The position numbers were made by a program, and so were the translations under genes. Under the pieces are notes generated by a model, which saw only the letters and a program-made list of their open reading frames with translations, searched no databases and was not told where the DNA came from. A stretch of DNA of 63,796 nucleotides, filler included, from Octopus bimaculoides (Eukaryota), in NCBI RefSeq assembly GCF_001194135.2. It is 4 parts of 4 records of this genome, joined end to end, with 100 filler letters (N's around TTAATTAATTAA, not from the genome) between each part and the next. Parts side by side here need not be neighbours in the genome. Positions count along the whole stretch, not along the records: positions 1 to 24,834 come from NC_068994.1; 3 more parts are not named here. One strand, 5' to 3'. Of this stretch, positions 1-12,909 are shown piece by piece; within the stretch, counting starts at the first letter, position 1, and the number at the start of each line of letters is the position of its first letter.

Positions 1-21
1 TATATATATATATATATATAT

Positions 22-470
22 GGTTGCAGGACGTCACCAGCAGTAAACAGCATGAAATACGAAAAGAAATGAGTTCAATATGCAAACAAATGGAAAACAG
101 GACAAGTAACATAAAGAACGAACCTTCAGCAGTTGCTGACTGTCTATCTACTCCTCATTTCGAGCATTCAACGACATTATGAGTCTTCGAAGACAGTTGC
201 TCCCATAAGTACCAAAATAAAATTTGGGATTTACGGAGGGTCAAAGTTGAGAACAAAAGCAGGACAGCGGAGACATACAAGGAAACTGTACGAAAACAAA
301 CATGGAGGGTCATTAGACCAGAACGAGGGTAAAAGAGCGAACGCTGGAGAAATATCTCCTTTGACAAGAGAAAAGATAGAAGAGAGAGACAGGATACGAA
401 CAGCCTTTAGGACAGCCCTGAAAGAAAAAGATGATCCATTTCCAAGTAAGTTTATCTTATCCTTTTTGAT
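22..470 (-). repeat. Unclassified interspersed repeat ending in (TA)n, possibly a Penelope-type terminal repeat
   Basis: The minus strand has CTG..GAAGAC..AATGCTCGAAATGAG, then a pyrimidine-rich tail running into (TA)n. This resembles the layout of the 14 kb and 34 kb repeats. Similarity is architectural only. Confidence 0.3.
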
Positions 471-571
471 GCGACTCTATACTGTTTTCTCCCCCTATCG
501 TTTTCATTCTCATCCTGTATGTTTGTATGTATGTATGTATGTATGTATACGTATGTTACAGTTAATTCAGT

Positions 572-791
572 AGGGTGGCGAGCTGGCAGAATCGGTAGCA
601 CGCCGGACGAAATGCTTAGCGGTATTTCGTCTGCCGTTATGTTCTGAGTTCAAACTCCGGCGCGGTCGACTTTCGGGGTCAATTAAATAAGTATTAGTTA
701 CGCACTGGGGTCGATGTAATCGACTTAAATCTTTTGTCTGTCCCTGTTTGTTCCCTCTATGTTTAGCCCCCTGTGGGCAATAAAGAAATAA
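572..791 (+). mobile_element. tRNA-derived SINE, family A (full length)
   Basis: A-box-like TGGCAGAATCG, B-box GAGTTCAAACTCC, central GTCGAC/GGGGTCGAT block, and tail CCCCTGTGGGCAATAAAGAAATAA. Homologous to copies at 25405, 26272 and 32524. Confidence 0.9.
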
Positions 792-1383
792 ATGTATATA
801 ATTCAGTTATTTCATAGAATAACTAGGTATTTCATGAATTACCTAGCTGAATCAGTTAAAGTTTACAAAATTATTACATTCTACAATTCAACTAATTATT
901 CTATAGAATAACTAGTTGTTTTATAAATTAACTGATGATAAGTAGGTAGAGTCTTTAGGAAATGCTTTTTTTTTTATTTTCAATAAAATATGTTACAAAA
1001 GTTTATGCAAAACCTTCATGTTATTTTTCATGAAAAAAAAAAAAAAATCCTGCTTGTTAAAAAAGAAACTTTTATTTTAAATAAAAATATTACAAAAACT
1101 TTATCCAAAACATTCATTTTGTTTTTAATTATTTCTTAGAACAAGGATTGCTGTAACGGCGCTTAGAATTACATTGCATATTATTTTTGAAGCATGCACA
1201 CATAGTGCTTTGCACGAATGCTTTTTAAAACTTTGTCCAGTGCCGTTACTTTGAGCTGTAGCAACAGACTGACGTGATGTCTCAATATTCGGAACTTCAA
1301 TAGAGATGAATTCTTACTCACATACACTGAACTGACACCGAAAATACGGCTGTTTGATTCGGCCATTCCTTGTTCCTAACCGG

Positions 1384-1470
1384 AACAAAAACGATGTTCT
1401 AGTAGGTATCTAACAAAAACGATGTTCTAGTAGGTATCTAACAAAAACGATGTTCTAATAAGTATCTAAC
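1384..1470. repeat. 28-bp tandem repeat x3 (AACAAAAACGATGTTCTAGTAGGTATCT)
   Basis: Units at 1384, 1412 and 1440. The third unit has 2 substitutions. Confidence 0.95.
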
Positions 1471-1544
1471 TTATAGACAGAGCATTAAGCTAGGTGAATT
1501 AGTAGTAGATGTTTAAAAGCAAATTTGATTTGAAATTGATAACA

Positions 1545-2015
1545 TTAGACAGTAGGAAAACGTGGAGGACATATCAAGTTCTCATTAAAGTGTTTTTTAA
1601 TGTAAATAAAGATATTTAGTAATTTGATATGTGTATCGGGTATGAAGTTTATGTTTTATATTTTTAAATATATTTTTAGATTAACCAAAGAGTGGGGAAA
1701 GAAATGAAGAATACGGTTATAAATTATCTATAATTATTGAAGGTTGGTGTACACCAGGTTATAAATATATATATATATAAATAGATGTTACGTTAATAGC
1801 ACTAGAAAATCAGAAAGTAGGAGAATATATTGAGGTTCACATTAAAAAATTAATTACTACAAGGAAGATGTTTGGTAATTTTGATATGTGTAACGGGTGT
1901 GATGTTTATATTTTGAAATAACCAAATAGAGAAGGAAAGCTATGAAGAATACGGTGATTATTATCTATATATGTTTGTGAATAAAGGTCGGTATGCACCG
2001 GTTTGGATATATATA
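1545..2015. repeat. Degenerate ~260-bp tandem duplication
   Basis: Blocks TTTGATATGTGTA(T/A)CGGGT, AACCAAA, ATGAAGAATACGGT, ATTATCTATA and AAGGT(T/C)GGT recur in the same order at ~1620-1770 and ~1880-2010. Confidence 0.75.
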
Positions 2016-3111
2016 AAAAAAACAAGTTTTTAGGTGTAAATTTTGGATCTGTTACGTATCTAATAAATTAGGATTTGTGTTAAATAAGTTATTAAAGGTG
2101 GATGTTGGATCTAAAGATAATATACTTGGAGATTCCCATCAGCTAGATGATACGACAGAAACATATATGTAGGTACTTCTTTCTGTTATTTTCTTAATTT
2201 ATTTTTATTGAGCTTGTATTTTCTAATCAATTTATTTATTTGTAATATTTTTTCTAAAGCACGTCATCTTTTTGCAACACGCAAATAAGTAATTACATCC
2301 ATTTATTCTCCATTTTCTTCTCCTTGTTTTCCCTCAATATTGAAAATTTCAATAATCCCAAACATATAGTAATGACTTTACCATTATATGATACAAATTA
2401 AACCAGTGGAATACCTTGGATTGTATAGTCCCAAATGAGGACTTGACTTCCTCGAATTAACTGTACATATATATATATATATATATATATANNNNNNNNN
2501 NNNNNNNNNNNNNNNNNNNNNNNNNNNNNNNNNNNNNNNNNNNNNNNNNNNNNNNNNNNNNNNNNNNNNNNNNNNNNNNNNNNNNNNNNNNNNNNNNNNN
2601 NNNNNNNNNNNNNNNNNNNNNNNNNNNNNNNNNNNNNNNNNNNNNNNNNNNNNNNNNNNNNNNNNNNNNNNNNNNNNNNNNNNNNNNNNNNNNNNNNNNN
2701 NNNNNNNNNNNNNNNNNNNNNNNNNNNNNNNNNNNNNNNNNNNNNNNNNNNNNNNNNNAGACATCTCTCAATATTCAATGACACTCCTACTATTCCTCAT
2801 GATGGGATGAGAGTAATAGTAGACATAGAGACGGTGAAGGCGGTCGCGAAGACAGACAGAGAGTAAGAGAAAGAAAAAGAGAGGGAGAGAGAGACAAAGA
2901 AATTTAGGGAGAGTTGATGATGTTTTATTAAAAGTAGTAGTGTTGATGGTGGCAGTAATTATATAAGAGAGAGAAAGAGTGGGTATGTGAGAGAAAGAGG
3001 GAGATGATGTACAGCTTTGTTTCACCATGTCCCGTTGACAGAAATTCCTGTCACCAACATACTGAACACTATCATTTTTGTTTTATTTTTTGCTTTCTTT
3101 AATACATATAT

Positions 3112-3171
<60 letters not shown>

Positions 3172-3651
3172 CTATACTATAATGGAGAAAGCTGCTTATT
3201 AATTAGGTATGTAACAATTACTAAAAGTACTAAAAGAAAGCTATTATTAAAGGGTTGACCGTCTGCAAATATTTTTATAAATTCTTGTTTTAAGAAATTT
3301 CCTATAATTTCGCTTTCTCAAGTTTAGTGAATTTTTTAAACTCCAATTTCTCGCAAATTTAAATATTCATTGCATTCACTGCAGAGTATTCCATTTTCAT
3401 TTGCAAAACCTCTCATTTTCTCTTTTAAGTTTTAATTCTCTATTAATGTATACACAATATAAAAATATTATTTATTGAATGAAATTTTTTTAAAATACCC
3501 GTATAATTTTTTAACGTGAGATAGCTATGAGTAGAGCCTAGAAAGTTGGGTAATTACTATTAGAAGACGAGGAGAAAAAAACCCCAAAAGTTTCCGACAA
3601 GTATTCGAAACTTACACTTTATTCACAATTTACAAACACAACTTCAACAGT

Positions 3652-3689
<38 letters not shown>

Positions 3690-4110
3690 TACACACTCGT
3701 GCACATACATAAATACACATACACACAAATGAAAGCCAATGGATCTGTGTGTGCGTGCGTGCGTACGTATGTGTGTGTGTGTGTGTTGTTCACTGACCAA
3801 ACTTTGTCCTGCATCACTTTTGTGAAGTTTTGTAAGTGAACAGGTCACCGTTGCAAAAGCGACGAACATATTTTGACACAATTGAAGTTTTAATGTTGAA
3901 GTGAAACTAACGATATTTGTGTGTTCTTGAATGGTTTACAAACATCTTCCACGCTGCAATTGCTTTTGTATCAGCATACGATCTCAGATCAAGTCAAGTG
4001 CTATGCAAGTACATGTCCGTAATCTTTAAAAATCACTGTGAATAAATGCCAGAAATGGTCTTCTCGAGCTCTCCAATATTTTAATTTGCAAACAGAAACA
4101 ATCAGGGGTA

Positions 4111-4240
4111 TATAAATGTATTTATGGGAAAAATATTGAAAAACATTAATACATGCGAGAGTGATAAAGAAATGAGGAAGGTTGTCTTTGGATGTGCTAG
4201 AAACAACATTCAAATCGCCCTTAAATCACTTTTCCCTCTG
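4111..4240 (+). repeat. Interspersed repeat fragment shared with 16698-16828
   Basis: AAAAATATTGAAA..TTAATACATGC.AGAGTGATAAAGAAA..TTTGGATGT.CTAGAAACAACA.TCAAATCGCCCTTAA occurs at both loci. Confidence 0.85.
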
Positions 4241-5070
4241 AAAATATTAACAATCAAAATTTTTTTTACCGAAAATGCTCTTCCCATGGTTTTGAAGTGC
4301 CAAAAACATTGGACAAGTTAGATCCGGAGTGAGATGATGAGGGAGGGAGGGGGTAAAATTTAAAAAAAAGAGTTTTCAAAACATTTTTCATACAAAGATG
4401 CTCCCCGTCCGAAAAGGGATTTGTATAAATTTTCATTAAAAGATACCCATCTTTCTAAAAGTTATGAGGGGGAAAAAGTCAGGTCGTGTGAATTTTCTGA
4501 AACTTCTCTCTCCAACCTCTTGTTTAATAATTCTTTCCCATAAATCCCTATATACTCTGAAGCCACAACATCTGAGCGCTATTTGTGGAAAATTTTGTTA
4601 AAAACTATGCATTTCTCTGGATGTTACGAGTCAACAAAATCGGGGGCATATACATCTATAGTAATGCCCTTTTATTTATACAATTTTTTTATTTCCTATT
4701 TATTTCATTCATTTTTGAAATATTCCCTCTCTCTCTCTCTCTTTATCTATCTCAGACACACCGTAAAGCTAACATGACAAACTGCGTCTCCCTCTGATGT
4801 TGGACTACCGTGATGTTTGCTTAAAAAAGAGAGATTATGACTGATAAAATATTGAAAGCAATATTTACTAAGCTGGTGAGCATTATTATACAAAGGAATA
4901 ATTAAACGTAAAATATCAAAATTATTAAAAGTGAGAATCAAATGTGAAAATATTATCAAGGGGCTAACATAAGACCAGCCGGATGGCGGTTGTTTCTGCT
5001 AGTATATAAAATACACTTTAATTGAAATAAAGTTTTCCCAAGATTAAATATATCTAAAATAATCTTTTCT

Positions 5071-5226
5071 ACTGGGGGAAGGGACGAAGTTGATTACATC
5101 GATCCCAGTGCGTAACTGGTATTTATTTAATCGACCCCGGAAGGATGAAAGGCAAAATGGACTTCGGCGGAATTTGAACTCAAAACCTAACAGCAGATGA
5201 AATACCGTGCCAGCTCGCCGCCTTAA
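5071..5226 (-). mobile_element. SINE family A, internally deleted
   Basis: Reverse complement of the family A head and central block. It lacks ~30 nt after the A box. Confidence 0.85.
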
Positions 5227-5324
5227 ACAACGTAGTAATATAACATAATGAATGTGAATGTCAGTGTATCAGTGTGTCACACGTTTTCAACCTTACTTCT
5301 AGAGGACGTAGTCCAACATATACC

Positions 5325-5600
5325 ATTTTGAAATCAGGCTGACTCCGTAAGTAACTAAAAACATTCCAGGCCGCATCCAGACCAATAATCCTGAAATTTA
5401 GGATTCCCACGCTTTCATTACTATGATTGTTTTCGACGATTTTTTTACGAAACTTTTTGCGACAAATTTTTTGGGATAACAATTTTTATAATCTAAAGGC
5501 TAGCTCCGTGAGTAAATTAGAAACATTCGGGGCCGAATCCGGACTTGCAATCCTGAAATGTTGGATTCCTATGTTTTCATTACTGCAATTTTTTTACATG
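5325..5600. repeat. Degenerate ~160-bp tandem duplication
   Basis: GGCT..CTCCGT.AGTAA.T.AAACATTC..GGCCG.ATCC.GAC...AATCCTGAAAT..GGATTCC....TTTCATTACT occurs at ~5337 and ~5498. Confidence 0.8.
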
Positions 5601-5608
5601 ATTTTTTT

Positions 5609-5609
<1 letters not shown>

Positions 5610-5694
<85 letters not shown>
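5610..5694. repeat. (CA)n microsatellite, ~42 units
   Basis: Direct read. Confidence 0.98.
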
Positions 5695-5696
<2 letters not shown>

Positions 5697-5708
5697 GCAC
5701 ACATTTTT

Positions 5709-5875
5709 AGGCGCAGGCGTGGCTGTGTGGTAAGAAGCTTGCTTTCCAACCCATGGTTCCGGGTTTAGTCCCACTGTGTGGTACCTTGGGCAAGTGTCTT
5801 GTACTATAGCCTCGCACCGACAAGAGCTTTGTGAGAAGATTTGGTAAATGCAAGCTGAAAGAAGCCCGTCGTATA
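5709..5875 (+). mobile_element. tRNA-derived SINE, family B, 5' half
   Basis: AGGCGCAGGCGTGGCTGTGTGGTAAGAAGCTTGC (A box), GGGTTTAGTCCC (B box), CCTTGGGCAAGTGTC and GAAAGAAGCCCGTCG. Confidence 0.9.
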
Positions 5876-5885
5876 TATCTATATT

Positions 5886-6130
5886 CTACTTTTTACTTGT
5901 TTCAATCATTAGATTGCGGCGATACTGAGTCACGGCCTTGGAGAGTTTATTTTCTTTCTAAGTCTGGTACTATCGATCTGTTTTGCCGAACCGGTAAGTT
6001 ACGAGGACATATACGTACCAACAGTGGTTGTCAAGCGGTAGGTAGGTGGGGGATAATCCGAGACACAAAGACACACACACACACACATATGACAAGCTTT
6101 TAGTTTCAGTCTACCAAATCCACTCAAAAG
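5886..6130 (-). mobile_element. SINE family B, 3' half, diverged
   Basis: Reverse complement of ..TTGACAACC..CGGTTCGGCAAAA..TGATTGAAACAAGTAAAAAG. Confidence 0.8.
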
Positions 6131-8203
6131 TTACAATTGTTACATATAGCATACATGGACCGTAGCAGAATAACATTATAGATGTTTACGGATTTCGTTG
6201 AACATCTACAATCTTTTCACCAATACCCCACTTCATTGTATCTGCTGAAGACAATCATTTGTCTGATTTTAGGTTGTGGTGTGGGTTTCGAGGATTTACT
6301 TCACTGATTTTTCTTTCTTGTTCTTTTTTCTTTCCAGCTTCGTTGTTTTTTTTGTTTTAGCTTTCTTTTTCTTCCCCCGCTTCTACCTCTCTCTGAGGAA
6401 GAAAGGAAAGATGTAAAAGTCAAGACACAACTCCTTTTTGCACTCCTACAACTACACTATACTTAAATATGTCCATTAACAACATAACGCAACAGGGATA
6501 ATTCTGGAGGAATATAAAACAGTTCGACAGGGAGAGAAAGAATTCAATAAATGAAAGCTCAATGTAAGGATAAAAGACAATATATTCTACACCTTGACAT
6601 AACAACACGTTACTACTGAAGGAATATAAGAGGAACAGTATGAGAGAGAGAGAGAGAGAGGTAAGAGGAATAAGAGAGAACGGGTAGAGACGCAATAAGA
6701 GAAAGAAGTGAAGGAGAGAGACAGGAAAATTTATATCTGTAAATGTATATACGTATGCACATATGTACATATGTATCATGACTAAATGCTGTTTCATGCA
6801 TGTACGAGTAAATCCTAAAATGTAACAGCACTTATACAGTATGAAAAGTTTTAAGTTAAGTGTGTTTGCGATTTCCATATTTATTTTAGTAAAGTGAGGG
6901 CTAACATATTCAATGTAGAGATAAAAAATGTCTAATTAATTATGATTATACCTTTAGTGAAAAAATCATTAGCTTTAATGATTTGGCCTTGTCAAGATAG
7001 TCGAGGAAACCAACAGCAAAATTTTATATTGACTTGTTTTTCTGATGTTTATTGTCTAAGATCATACATACTCCCTGCTACTATATACGATGGTGTCATT
7101 CTTCATTAATTAGAATTTTCTAAGAGTGCATTATTAGGACTATCAGCCCCAAGAAGTTATGCCGAGAAATCCAGCCAAGTAGAAATTTCAATTTTGTATA
7201 TTTCTTCTGCCTCTCTATATATGTTTCCCAAGAATTTCCTTCCCATTGTTGTTAGTTGTATCCGTTGGTCATTGTACTTTCCAAACAATTTAAAACTTCA
7301 TACAACATTGAGAAGCTCTACTAATCTAGGATCTTCATCGAGATTTTGGAAAAGAAAGTACAGACGAAAAGGAAAGCTTAAAAGAATAATAGGAATATCT
7401 TTTCTCATACTTTGTTTTGAACTTAGTCATTTGTGTGTAGCTGTACTTCCGGGTTATATTTATATGTATCCACCATATTTATACTCTACCATGTGCAAAT
7501 TTGTCTGTTTCTTTTCCATTTTTTCTTACTGCTCTTCCTCTTTTGTAAGCAGTATCCAGTTGCATAAGAAATGGGTGTATATGTGTATTTGTCACAGACA
7601 TACACATCTATAGGTATATTTTTATGCATAAATGGGTGAGTGTGGGTGTGTGTATATGTGTATGCATGTGTGTGTGCGTCTGTGCTTGAGTGTGAGTTAA
7701 ATGCGTGTCATAATACAGCTACACTCAGTGACAGATCAATCGTAAATCAATGGAAGCCACTAAAAAATTATATCTAAATTACGAAGGACAAGTTTCAGGA
7801 AGTTGGAATATCCTGTTACACTCGTTTGTTTCAGCCTTTTAAATCACTTCGGCTAGACACACGTCAAACATACCATTGATTGGGTAACTTCATTGGAACT
7901 CGTGAGAAACAGGCATTGGTTTCGACTCAGAAGTATTCAGTTCGACTGAAGCCGAAACTACATGATTTTGAAGTAGACTGCTTAACAACAAGATTGAATG
8001 TGCACACTTAAATCAATACAGATTAACATTTGCAAATGCACACTATCAATACAGAAATGTGTAATAACCAACACAGCTAATTACACAGATCTCTCTCTCT
8101 CTCTTTCTCCCAATCTTTGTATCTATATATTTATTTGTTTATAGACATGCATATATGCATATATATATCTGTCTTTCTCTCCCTCTCCTTCCCCCTCTCT
8201 CTC

Positions 8204-8235
<32 letters not shown>

Positions 8236-9139
8236 TGTATGTATGTATGTATGTACGTACGTACGTATATATGTATGCATACATATATGTGTGTGTGTAT
8301 ATACATATATATCTGCGTGTATTGAAATTAATAGGGATTCCATTTAATTACATTCTTTTTGGTTGTAAAAATAACATGCTGTTAGTGATAATCTAGACGA
8401 GTATAGTTGACTGTAATCACAAACTTCTTCTAATTCTCTAACATCCGCAATCTTCTCGCCAAAGCCGTTATTTTCGTCACTATTTTTTGTTTACTTTCAT
8501 TATAATCTTTCGTATTGTTCTTCATTTTCTTGACACTCAGATCTCGTTTCCCCTTACCACCATTTGCTCTTCTCCTCTCTAATTTCTTTCTTTTTCTTCA
8601 TATGTTCTCGATCTTTCATTTCATGGTTACTTCATACTTCACTTTCTCACTGAAATGCATTCCACTAACTTAATTTAAATTTACTCATGAACTCTTCAAT
8701 CCAATCTGTTTCATCTTCGCAATTTCCCTAGTTCTTTTTAATTTTTTTAAAAATTTGCTGCTCTACATTAATACTGTTTCACTGCTGGTTATCTCACAAG
8801 CTTTGTTTAAGGTTTGATTGTCACATGTTACCAACGTTGTAGTAGTGTTACCACTTCGAATTAACTCTCTCTGCAAGTATTAACAAACGCACACACACGC
8901 ACATGCAAACACAAACAAGTAGGGTATACCAGCGTATACACATGCATAACCAAAATCCAAACAGAATTAACCTTTCCAGATGCCATAAATGGTTTGACTT
9001 GCAGTATACGACAGCTGGAGAAAGTCATGTACGATCCCATCATAGGAGAGTTTCTTAAACACAGGAACACCTGCCAAGTGACAACTAAAAAAAATGTATT
9101 TAGCCCAATCTCTACTATAAACCGCAACGAGCCACTTTT

Positions 9140-9485
9140 ACATCACTTGACCATTTAACATCCTACTACTATCATACCACTCCCGCATTCTTTTATTATT
9201 CTTTCTCTTCTTCTCCTTCTCCTTCTTTTTCTTCGTCTTCTTCTTCCTCTCCGCCACCTCCTTCCTTACTTTACTTTTACTGCTGTTTATTAAAAACAAA
9301 TATTAAAAACAATACAATCAAAAGAGATATCTCAAGAATACAATCACTACTACCATCCAGAGTAAGTCACTTTCAGGGCACTTGACCATTTAGCATCCTA
9401 CTACTATCATACCTCTCTCGCATTCTTTTCTTCTTCTTCTTCTTCTTCTTCTTCTTCTTCTTCTTCTTCTTCTTCTTCTTCTTCT
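9140..9485. repeat. ~50-bp duplicated block (9144 and 9379) followed by (CTT)n
   Basis: CACTTGACCATTTA(A/G)CATCCTACTACTATCATACC.CTC.CGCATTCTTTT occurs twice, 235 bp apart. (CTT)n runs ~9428-9485. Confidence 0.85.
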
Positions 9486-10762
9486 GTGCCAAGAGTTCAC
9501 AACGACCTCGAGCCCACAAGTATACACAAGAGAGACAGAGACAGGCAGAAACAAGGAAATGACACTTGTATTTGAATACTATGCAAATATTCTTTTAAAA
9601 ACCTTTTCATTTAATTTTTCCAAAATTTAATTGTTTTCCATGGTTAGAGTTGAAAAAGTCTCAATGACTGAAACCGGTACTGAAATGTTTTTATGATAAA
9701 ATTATTTTAGCATTTTCTGCCTTGATTTTTTTCCTTATACATATCAACTCGNNNNNNNNNNNNNNNNNNNNNNNNNNNNNNNNNNNNNNNNNNNNNNNNN
9801 NNNNNNNNNNNNNNNNNNNNNNNNNNNNNNNNNNNNNNNNNNNNNNNNNNNNNNNNNNNNNNNNNNNNNNNNNNNNNNNNNNNNNNNNNNNNNNNNNNNN
9901 NNNNNNNNNNNNNNNNNNNNNNNNNNNNNNNNNNNNNNNNNNNNNNNNNNNNNNNNNNNNNNNNNNNNNNNNNNNNNNNNNNNNNNNNNNNNNNNNNNNN
10001 NNNNNNNNNNNNNNNNNNNNNNNNNNNNNNNNNNNNNNNNNNNNNNNNNNNNNNNNNNNNNNNNNNNNNNNNNNNNNNNNNNNNNNNNNNNNNNNNNNNN
10101 NNNNNNNNNNNNNNNNNNNNNNNNNNNNNNNNNNNNNNNNNNNNNNNNNNNNNNNNNNNNNNNNNNNNNNNNNNNNNNNNNNNNNNNNNNNNNNNNNNNN
10201 NNNNNNNNNNNNNNNNNNNNNNNNNNNNNNNNNNNNNNNNNNNNNNNNNNNNNNNNNNNNNNNNNNNNNNNNNNNNNNNNNNNNNNNNNNNNNNNNNNNN
10301 NNNNNNNNNNNNNNNNNNNNNNNNNNNNNNNNNNNNNNNNNNNNNNNNNNNNNNNNNNNNNNNNNNNNNNNNNNNNNNNNNNNNNNNNNNNNNNNNNNNN
10401 NNNNNNNNNNNNNNNNNNNNNNNNNNNNNNNNNNNNNNNNNNNNNNNNNNNNNNNNNNNNNNNNNNNNNNNNNNNNNNNNNNNNNNNNNNNNNNNNNNNN
10501 NNNNNNNNNNNNNNNNNNNNNNNNNNNNNNNNNNNNNNNNNNNNNNNNNNNNNNNNNNNNNNNNNNNNNNNNNNNNNNNNNNNNNNNNNNNNNNNNNNNN
10601 NNNNNNNNNNNNNNNNNNNNNNNNNNNNNNNNNGTTCGTTATTTTTTCTTCTTGTTTCACCTTTGTGAGTTACAAGTAATGCTATCTGTTGGAGTTTCAG
10701 CACTTTAGCTGCTATTTCTGAACTTCGGTATGTGGTGAAGCAACTGTTGCTGATCCCTTAAT

Positions 10763-10800
<38 letters not shown>

Positions 10801-10803
<3 letters not shown>

Positions 10804-10850
10804 GACGGGCTTCTTTCAGTTTCCGTTAACCAATTCCGCTCATAAGGTTG
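10801..10850 (-). mobile_element. SINE family B fragment
   Basis: TACGACGGGCTTCTTTCAGTTTCCG abuts (TA)n. Confidence 0.75.
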
Positions 10851-12909
10851 ATATAGGCATATTATACAAACTCTTAAATAATCCGGACCAAATGTTTAAA
10901 TAACCTCATAAAAAAGAGACGCAATGATCCTCATGAAAGTTCAAAAAGATGACCTCTCTAATTAGTGTCCTATTACATTAAAAAAGATCCCTATAATAAA
11001 AGCGTTTTGGAAATTAAAAATAAGATGCAGATAATTGCATACCTAGAACTCCACCGTTATATGCACTAAGTTATGGTGCAAGGTTAGCAGTATGGAAGTT
11101 ATAGCATACATTGAAAGCTTGGCCAAATTACTGTGAACAAAATTATTGGAAATGAATAACTTTAAGGTTAACCAGTGTTTATCCTCACTTCAGGTGTGAA
11201 AAGATCAAGACTGTTAAATCAAAGCCAACTATTCGATTTTTCTGTGTTACAACTTGGAAAAGGAAGAGTATAGCAAACAACAGTAATGTTATTATGAAAA
11301 ATAATAAAATAATTAATAAACATAATGACTATAATTAAAATACTATGAATAATTATTCAACCAGCATGACTACAATATAAAAAGTCTCTTAAAGGAAAAA
11401 ATTCAGAAATGACTGATATTTCGAAGAAACATCACAACACAAATTGGATGAATTTCCTTCTAGTGCTTACACCGGCTATAAACATCATTAAAACTGAGAC
11501 AATACATGTGCTCTCTGAAGAAGCAACTGTATCAAACGCGAGAGAAGGAAGAATTATAAAGATGAGTCACTCGAAAACAATGTCATAATATTTACTTATG
11601 TATTTGATTTAAGTTTTGTAAGGATACTGAATTTACATTCCACTCCAAATCCCATATAGAACAAAACCTTATAGAAAATGTGTTTACATTCTACAGTTAT
11701 AGGATAAAACTTGTTTAAATGTTAATTCAAATGACTAATGTATTGCTTATGGCTGCTTTAATGTGGCTGTCCTCTAAGAGACGACAATGTTGTCATTTAA
11801 CCCCAGCTGGTTTATTCAGTGCGCTTCTCGCACTCAATATTTATTGAAAACGGGAGATAAATTTGCCATCCTAGCTTGAAGACCAGCAGACCGGATGATT
11901 CAATCGTGAGGGTCCATATGTTCCCACTCTTGCCAAAGAGTGACTAAACACTTGGAAATAAGTTTATGTGGTGAATGAATGCTGTGGAACCAATTTCTGT
12001 TACTGGATATTTCTATTCTCTTGCAGAGGATTTTATTTAGAATGTTGTGAAATAAAAAGTTTGCACGCCTTCGTACTTACCTATCTATTACCCTCCATAC
12101 AGGAACACATACATGTAAACAAACACACTTGCATACACAAACTCATGCACACACTTTCAGGCATACAGGTATATAACACACATCCGTTATTTATATATTT
12201 AATTTATGCATTCTGAGACAATATGCATTCAGTTTTGGAAGCAGTATAGCAATCATAAGCAGGTTTAAAATGTTGTTATATTTAGGACTGTCATATACTT
12301 ACGTATAGCTCGTCTGGCTGTAGTTCACTCGTGTCCCCCAACCCAATCTGCTTTGGCTTCTGAACGACATTGTAGCAGTCTGTGCAGGCAAAGTTTGGGT
12401 ATAACGAAAAGCAAGCTACTATGTGAGAGCGCCTATAAAGTGAAGATCGTAAGCAACTTGTACTCACCTGCAAGAAAGAATGAAGAGAATGATTTTCACT
12501 ACAAAATCAGTGCAGAGACCAAATACAATAATAATGAAGGCATCAAAAACACTAACAATAGTAGTAGTGGCAATAATNNNNNNNNNNNNNNNNNNNNNNN
12601 NNNNNNNNNNNNNNNNNNNNNNNNNNNNNNNNNNNNNNNNNNNNNNNNNNNNNNNNNNNNNNNNNNNNNNNNNNNNNNNNNNNNNNNNNNNNNNNTATAT
12701 ATATATATATATATATATATTATACGAGGTCTAATCAATAAGTATCTGGACTGTTGCCATAAGGCATGCAGAGTGATGCCCCGCTTGGCAAAGATTGACA
12801 TTGAACTCTACTGTGTCTGCGCACAATGTTTTAACGTTCTACCTCACTTCCACTTTTTATAGCAGTGCTTGGAAGGAAAGTGTGTAGCGTGTGATCGTCT
12901 CATTGATCA

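Noticed and set aside
133-573. 146-aa ORF
   Set aside because: It lies in a repeat, ends in (TATG)n translation and has no recognisable domain.
1384-1470. 28-bp repeats as a CRISPR array
   Set aside because: There are no spacers, no cas genes, and the context is eukaryotic.
7921-7962. TTCAG-TTCGA-CTGAA-GCCGAAACT as a hammerhead (similar case at ~2430-2465)
   Set aside because: A stem and GAA(A) are present but no recognisable CUGANGA. Too decayed to support.
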